Assembly: GCF_009914755.1 (NCBI RefSeq)
Contig: NC_060930.1
Reading direction: 5' to 3' (one strand)
Source of the DNA: the human T2T-CHM13v2.0 reference genome, Homo sapiens
Length of the DNA: 64,000 nt
The translations under genes were made by a program, and so were the position numbers. The stretch's first letter is position 1. Every line of letters starts with the position of its first letter. Shown here piece after piece: positions 56,705-64,000 of this stretch. The notes under the pieces are model-generated. The model was not told the origin of the DNA and did not search any database. It was given only the letters and a program-made list of their open reading frames with translations.

Positions 56705-56945
56705 GCAATGTAGTTAAGGGGTTGGATTCTAACACGAGATTGCCTGGGTTTGAATCCTGGCTTTGCCATTTACTGTGTGTGACTTCAGACTAAATTTAAT
56801 TGATTCTATTGCTAACTTTTCTGTGCCTCTCTTGCCTCATCTGCAAAACTAGCCAAATACTAGTCCCTACCTGATGGGGTTCATGAGACAGTCCATGTAA
56901 GGCATTTATCTGGCAATAGAAAGAACTCCTGACATAAGTAGTCGG
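56705..56945 (+). mobile_element. MIR SINE
   Basis: 'gtagttaaggg...gattgcctgggtttgaatcctggctttgccatttactgtgtgtgac...tctgtgcctc...cctcatctgcaaaa'. Confidence 0.85.
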
Positions 56946-57524
56946 CATCAAAATTGATCAATATATGGTGAGACATCACAGTGTTTGCTCCGGAAAGGTC
57001 TTGAGCTATGCATACAGAACGTTACACCAAGTGCAATACATATAATGTGTTACATGTGTGTTTGTACTGCATGCATATGTGATACATACAAAATGTTATA
57101 TATACAATGTATTTTAACAGAAAGGTTTGATTTGGCTTGGCAGAGAGAAAGGGAGGGGTAAGCTCGAGAAAGGGGGTCACCTGAATAGGGACAAGGAAGT
57201 TGGGGGAGCAGTGGGAATGCACACAGTGTGTTGTGAGGATAAAGGGGCTGAGCTCATGAATACAAAAGGCTCTTGCAAACTAATTGTAAGAGATGAAGCT
57301 GGACAGGAAAGATAGGACCAGGTAAAAGAAAATTTTTAATTCCAGGGTAAGAATTTGAGAATTAACTCAATAGGCAATAAATAGCTTCAGTAAGGAAGCT
57401 ATTATAGAGTCTTGCGCAGGAAAACTTAACGTAAAAGAAAAACAAACTTGGTCTTCCTGGATGCCTTTCAAAGTTAACTGAGCAAGACTGACAAGAGCCC
57501 TCTGATAAGAGTTCCTATTGATGG

Positions 57525-57710
57525 CAGTCAATATGCCAGGCCTTGTCTCATTTTAACAAGAATTCTACAGGATAAATACTGTTTTCATATCTTCTGAGGA
57601 AGGCTCAGAAAGGTTAGGAAAATGTCCAAGGTCATGTGACTAATAAATAGCAGAGCCAGCACCCGCACACAGTCCTTTGCATCTCCAAAGCCTATGTTTT
57701 TACTAACCTA
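57525..57710 (-). mobile_element. MIR SINE
   Basis: 'tatgccagg...aggctcagaaaggttagg...gtccaaggtcatg...taaatagcagagcc'. Confidence 0.7.
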
Positions 57711-58739
57711 CCCTGGTTAAATGGTTTTTAAAAAGGTGGGAGGGGTTAGTAAATGAGAGAAGCAACAGAAATTAGGGAAATTGAGCAAGATCATTAAAGG
57801 AATAACTTCCATATTACTTAAAGTATCTAACTATTCTGTACAGAAGCCTTCATCAGAACAATTACAAGGCAACATTTCTCTGGAAATGGCTGTTGAAATT
57901 AGAGCAACGCTGTGAATGTTGAATAAGAATGTTAGTTGCAAAAACAAGTTATCCTGTCTAGCGTAGGCAGAAAATAACTTTATTAAATGATACTTGGCTA
58001 CTCAGAGAAATCCCAGGTGAGCCAGAAAAGTCGAGCAATTAGGGCAGATACCCAAAAACACTTTCGGGACCAAGGACACCACAGCCAAGCTCACTATGCC
58101 CAGAAGACACAGGGGACTGGGTGCCAGGATCTCCACGCTGATGAGCTGAAGGCCGTCACCGCCATGCTTGCCAGATGTGTGTCCCTGCACAGGGCTGCTT
58201 TTCCACATTTCTCATTTCCAAATCCACGCCTAGATGAGTATGAGCTGATTAGTAGAACCTAAGCCACATGCCTGTTTCAAGCTTCAAGGAAATCTGGGTT
58301 TGGGATTCTTTACGACTTTTTTTTTTAAAAGAGGTTTATAGCTAAAACTCATAATCTGGAATTGCCCAAAGTATAAGCTTTGGAACAGTCACAATAACGA
58401 ATGCCCATTTTTATTAGGTAAAGGTGTTAGGGCAAGTGAAGAACCCCTCAGGATGTGTCCGTCACTCTTCATGGAAGATATGTGCTTCCTGACATGGGTA
58501 TTTCATTCTGCTTGACAGGTTCAACGTGTTATTATAGAAAGAGAAGGGTGACTCACTAAATTTAATAAAAGTGTCCATGAAGGCTGTCCAGCTGCCTTGG
58601 GTTTGATTCATATTCACCCAGAAATTTTTTGTAGCCATTAAATTTCCCAAGAAAATTTATCTGCTGGGGAGAGAATGAGCTTACCAATGGCCAAGAATAT
58701 TCTGGTCTCTCCTGCAGTTACATTTTGTTGTGGGTTAAT

Positions 58740-59290
58740 AAGTTCATTCACCGGACAATGTGCCAGGCATTGAATTAGGCACTGCGTTTTGAATGACAAT
58801 CAGATCCCATCTTTGCCCGTGAAGAGTTCACAACCTGTGAGGAAAACAAACGTGTAGATAGAAAGTTATGGAGTGATATGTATGATAAATGCAACCCTGG
58901 TAAAAATGACAGGAGAAGCGAGGAGGTGAATCCCTGCTCATCCCAGGTGGCAAAAAGGACACTGCTTGAATGAAGGCTTCACAAGTAAGAGTCAACCAGA
59001 TGGAGGTTGGGGGAGAGGCACGCTAGGCTGAGGAAAAGCACAAATGTAAGGAACATTAATTAATTTCATTCATTCAGCCAATATTTGTTTTGTGCCAAAT
59101 ACTGGGATATAGAACATGGGAGAGTGAGTGGGGAAAACGTGGGTGGGGGGGCATACCACAGCAGCGAGGCTGAGGGGCAGATAGACTGACCAAATAGAGA
59201 CGTGTATACCATGGCAAGACATTTAGAATTTACCCTTGGTGCTTTATCTTTTTAAATTGATCTCTCTGGAGACTGTGTATAGAATGAATC
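58740..59290 (-). mobile_element. L2 fragments
   Basis: 'ttcattca...atgtgccaggcattg...', 'ttcattcattcagccaatatttg', 'gatctctctggagactgtg'. Confidence 0.6.
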
Positions 59291-60699
59291 CAAATTTTAA
59301 GTGTCTCCCTCTTGAGTCTAAACACGTTACTTACCACCCTACATTGTGCATGTAAGTCTTTTCTTGTGTGTTAGCAGATGGTTTATTTTTCATGTGACTC
59401 AGGATGGGTACAGCAATCTGCATTTTCTTTATATCTTTTGGCATTCAGGTTTGGTCTCCCTGAGAAGATAAGCATGAAAAAGGCAAGGACCCTCCTGGTG
59501 ACTAACTTAACAATAGAAGATATCAAAGATGGGTATTTGAACAAGGTTTCTTGGAGAGGAGCAAAGTCTTCTGGTACCTCCCTGTGAGACACCTAGGTAG
59601 CTACTATTTGACTTTCTGGAAACAGTAGCATGCACAATAATTATGCATTGGCATTTGCAAAAAGATAATGGGAAATTAATAGGACAGAAGCAACTTAGAG
59701 GTAAACCCATCTATCCTTAATAGAAAGATAGAGAAAAGCAGAGACAATAGCAAAAGAAAAAAGAAATAATCACATATTTGTGTATTTTAAACACTGTTTT
59801 TAGGTGCAAGCTACCATCATGAAACACATCACCCGCCAGCTGCACTCAACAGGGGACAGGATACGCAGGGCTTAGAGAAAGTGCTGCTTGCTAACTCTAC
59901 ATTTCCATGTTACATCTTTGTCGTCGTGGAAAGAGAAAGAGAAGAAAGGGAAGATATGATAGCAGGAACATTCACTGAAGTACAGACTCACTGAGCAATC
60001 ATGACAAGGTAAACGAGTTCTACAGTCTATAAGGTCAAGATAGCAGGGCCTTGCCTGTGAAATACATTACATGTGTATGTAATGTGAATAGCTGATTTAA
60101 ACTAAAGGACAGATCTCTCAAAAGAATGCTTTCAGGGCTCACAGTCATTGACTATTGGGAACTGACAAGAAGGAGGGGAGGAGGCAAGCAGGTAAGCATG
60201 CAGAATGCTGCCTGTGGTCACACAGGTCTGGCCCACAGCATCTCCAGTCTTAACACTTCATTGTCAGCTTGCTCAGGAGTGAACCAGGTTCCCAGTAAAA
60301 AAAAGTTCACATGAGACTGCCTTGTAAATCAGGTTGTCAATGTGTTACTTTACAGTGAGATTGATCTGATTTCAGGATAATATTCTTGTCCTCCATGCTA
60401 GATAATTCCTTGGACAGGTAATTTTAGCCAGGAATCCAAATCATTCATTACCAAGGTTTTAAATAGGAAGTCAGGAAATAAGTAGTTGGATAATCTCAAA
60501 GTATCAGTTCTCAAATTTTTATTGCCATATGCATATAATATCTGATAGTTATTTCATAGACTCCCCAGAATATAGCCAGACCTTGACATAATCAGCCCTC
60601 AATGTAATGAGTGAATAATGTATTTAGAAAACAGATACTTCCAGATGTCCACCAAAATGTGCTCCTTAGAGTCTTCTACAGCAAAAGAATTGTACCCTG

Positions 60700-60845
60700 A
60701 CACATGGTTGAACTACACTTCCCAGACTCCCTTGCAGAGTGTGGCCATGTGACATTTCTCACCAGTGAGATATAAGGGGAAATGCTATGGGCCTTGGGGC
60801 CAGGGAGTGGGCATGCATTTCCAAGGTCTTGTCCTCCTTCCTACT
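60700..60845 (+). mobile_element. MLT1 LTR fragment
   Basis: 'actacacttcccagactcccttgcag...gtggccatgtgac...accagtgagatataag'. Confidence 0.6.
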
Positions 60846-62361
60846 GTATCATTTTTTGAGGAAAACAGGAATAAATTCAACTAACAAATATTCTCACTAT
60901 TGAACAAACCTGTATGCCACTGTTACTAATAAAATCAATGAGTAATCCTCTTTGCCTCTCCGCCTCTCTGCCCATCTCTACCCCTGTTTTCCTGTGTTTT
61001 CATTCCCAATTGGAGTCATCCTTGACACTGCTCTTTTCATTCCCCCAGAGATACCTCTTTCACCATGTCCTACCACCTGCATCACACCTCCTGGCCCAAA
61101 CCAGCATAATTCCTTATAATCTTTTATCCTCCTCTGCTCTGCCTCCCACATGGCAGCTCATGAAATCCTCTTGGGATGAAAACAGGAAGATGCCACTCCT
61201 TTCTCAATTGAGAGGAGTTTTAGATTTATTAGGGAATGAATTAGCAACTCTGAAAATGTGCTAGGTATATAAGCACTTAAAAATATGATGTAATTTTTAA
61301 CTATGAGAAAAAATGCTTTAAATAGTCTAAGAAATGACATGTAATTATAATACATTTCCACTTTTAACACAAGTCCACTCTCCAGAGTTCTACCGTAATT
61401 TTATAATATGGCTACCAAATATTTTTCCCCCAAAGTGTTCCCCATGCCCTATAAGATAATGTCCAAATGCATTAACCAAAAATTAAAAGCCTTCCTGATG
61501 TGGCCTTAATCCACTTTCTCTTCCTTGGATCTTATACTCCCTCACACAAACCTTTTGCTGCAGCCAAACTATATTATTCAGTATTCTTTGGATATACTTG
61601 CCACTGTCCACTGCTTCTGTTCAGGCCATTCCATTGGAGCCATCCTCACTCTACACTGTCCTTTTGGACCTGTATCCCTTAGAGATCCAACTCAAACCCA
61701 CCTCCAGAAAACCTTTCTTGGCCTTCCAGCTGAAAGTAATGCTCTGACGTGTCTGTTTACAAGGGAACATCTCTAAATAAATTTTGTCTTCTTTTTCTCT
61801 GTACAGCTAAATCCCACTTACTCCTCAAGACATGGCTCCTATGTCAGCTCTTCAACAAATCCTTCCCTCATTTCCCAGGCTCACCAGGAACTCTCTTCAC
61901 TGGGCCTCCAAAGGCACCCTATGAATACTTCCAGAATTCCACTTTGCCCTACAACCATCTCTCCATGTGCTCTTCTAGGCTTATAAGCATATGAGAGCAA
62001 GAAATGTGACTTTCATTTTGAATAACTGTTGTATGAATGGAAAACATAGTTAGCAATTTATCATATCTCATGATTGCCCTTAAATCTAAATATTGGAATC
62101 ATCTTTATCTACGTTTTTATTATTTTGTTTTTTATAGGCTTGCAGCTTATCTTTCCATGTAGTTAAAATCCCTTGAGGGTAGGAAATGTTTTATTCTTTA
62201 TATTTTTGCCAACTGCCCAAATCAAACTCTAAAATACAGTGTGAGATCTCAAAATATCTGTTGCTTATATTATAGCAATATTTGAACCAAGATATACATA
62301 TATAAATGTTCATTTCGGCACTACTTGTAATGGCAAAAATTAGGAACAACTAAAAAAAGTC

Positions 62362-62789
62362 TGTCTTGGTTCATTTGTGCTATTATAATAAAATACCATA
62401 TACTGGGTAATTTATAAATAATAGAAATTTATTTTTCACCATTCTGAAGGCTGAGAAGTCCCAGATCAAGGTGCTGGCAGGTTTGGTGTCTGGTGGAAGG
62501 CTGCCCTCTCTGCTTCCAGCATGACACTTGTTGCTGTGTCCTCTGGAGGGCACAAACACTGTGTCAGAAGGTGGCAAGGCAAAAGGGAGGAATGCTGCGT
62601 CCTCAAAGGCACACAGGCAAAAGGGCCTCACTAATTCCCAGCTCTTTTATAAGGCACTAATTCATTCATGAGGGCAAAGCCTTCATGACTTAATCTCTTC
62701 CTCAGAGGCCTCATCTCTAAATAGCACCTCAATGGAGATTAAGTTTCAACATAAATTTTGGAGGAAACATAAACATTCGACCTATGGAT
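62362..62789 (-). mobile_element. MST/MLT1A-type MaLR LTR inserted in an L1ME fragment
   Basis: 'tgtcttggttcatttgtgct...ctgggtaatttataaataatagaaatttatt...cagatcaaggtgctggcagg...cattcatgagggc...aagtttcaacataaattttggagg'; flanked by plus-strand L1M 'ttgtaatggcaaaaatt|...agaggaatggttaaat'. Confidence 0.85.
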
Positions 62790-63109
62790 TGTTCATTAGT
62801 AGAGGAATGGTTAAATCAACCATGGTTCACCCACACTTTGGAACATACTGGAATAAGTTAAAAAAAAAAAAGTAAATAGACCCATTTAATCTGGCATGAA
62901 GATATATTCAAGATATATTTTTAAATTTAAAAATCTAGTTATGGAACAATCCATTTGGTATGAGTCAGTAATGTAAAATTATATCTTATTCTGTGTGTAC
63001 ATATATGAATAATATTGTACAAGAAAATGGGTAAGTTTATTGGTAAAAAACTGTTCACAGTGGGTACCTTGGTGAGGGGAATGGATTGATAGGAACTGGA
63101 AGAAAGGGA

Positions 63110-63413
63110 ATTTTTTTTTTTTTTTGAGACGGAGTGTTGCTCTGTCATCCAGGCTGGAGTGCAGTGGCGCGATCTCAGCTCACTGCAACTTCCGCCTTCT
63201 GGGTTCCTGGGTTCAAGCAATTCTCCTGCCTCAGCCTCCCAAGTAGCTGGGATTACAGGAGCTGCCACCACAGCCAGCTGATTTTTTGTATTTTTAGTAG
63301 AGATGAGGTTTCACTATGTTGGCCAGACTGGTCTCAAACTCCTGACCTCATGATCTGCCCATCTCGGCCTCCCAAAGTGCTGGGATTACAGGCGTGTGCC
63401 ACTGCTCCCAGTC
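63110..63413 (-). mobile_element. AluS (Sg-like)
   Basis: Poly-T, then 'gagacggagt...ctcctgacctcatgatctgccc...cctcccaaagtgctgggattacaggcgtg'; small internal duplication ctgggttc-ctgggttc. Confidence 0.93.
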
Positions 63414-63456
63414 TATTTTTATTCAACAAATTTTAAGAGGCTATATCTACTTCAGG

Positions 63457-64000
63457 TGTGGCAAGCCAGGTCTCATTAACAGCAGAACAGGTAGGCCTCC
63501 ATGACAACTGTTTCAGCTCTGACTGAATGGTTACATTAAATATTAAAAGCTGAGGGAGCCAGTGTCCTTATACAAAGGCTGGGATGTAACAAAAGCCCAC
63601 CAAGAGTCTTGCCTAGGCCTTTCCTGGGCCTTGAAGCATGACAAGATAACGAAGGAATTCTTAACAGGACCTGTTTAGGATTAAACAAGTTTTATTGGGG
63701 GTCTGAAGAAACTCCCCAGACCTCCACAGACAAGTTTATGGGAGGCCTAAAGGCACTCCCCAGACCTCCCTGATTTAGCAGGAAACAAGATAAGGGTAAT
63801 CACCCCTGGTGCCTGCACCCATCTAGATTAAGTAAATTCACTGAGACTCCAGAGGAAGGTCTTCAGGACTTAGACCTTAGTTATAGACTCGAAGAAGTTA
63901 ATCACTTACGTCTTTAGGTGAATGCACACTCACACATAGCACGTATAGCGCTCTGGAAAACTTTGTAATTTTGAGTTGATCTGGTGATATTTTCCCGGCC
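63457..64000 (+). mobile_element. MER50-like ERV1 LTR, running off the window end
   Basis: 'tgtggcaagccaggtctca...ggcctccatgacaactgtttcagc...ttatacaaaggctgg...gcctaggcctttcctgggccttgaagcatgacaagataacgaaggaattcttaacagg'. Confidence 0.8.

Noticed and set aside
56333-56793. Overlapping ORFs in a slightly GC-richer patch
   Set aside because: No recognisable protein or convincing splice structure; the longest ORF runs into a MIR.

Overview
AT-rich, CpG-depleted primate (human-like) non-coding DNA, either intergenic or deep intronic. I see no CpG island, no supportable host protein-coding exon, and no rRNA, tRNA or CRISPR array. The only recognisable protein-like ORFs are broken LINE-1 ORF2 fragments. 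Much of the window is interspersed repeat: L1 (L1PB, L1PA6/7-like, L1PA15/16-like, L1MA, L1MC, L1MD, L1ME), Alu (J, S, Y and one Yd-lineage copy), MIR, L2, MaLR LTRs (THE1, MST, MLT1), ERV LTRs (MER90-, MER50- and LTR16-like) and DNA transposons (Tigger2a, MER1B, MER5, MER81, MER91A, MER102). Family names come from recalled consensus sequences, so subfamily calls and old-element boundaries are approximate. I found no evidence of a new biological system. The most notable observations are: (i) a Y3 RNA retropseudogene inserted in a MIR, whose loop carries a 12-nt triplication; (ii) a 51-bp copy of a nearby MLT1C LTR pasted into an L2 1.75 kb away (apparent locally templated insertion); (iii) an L1 with a 5' inversion and a ~1.5 kb deletion; (iv) an L1MD-like element lacking almost all of ORF2; (v) a perfected 14-bp hairpin in a MER91A; and (vi) several repeat-free, motif-dense blocks that may be conserved enhancers.
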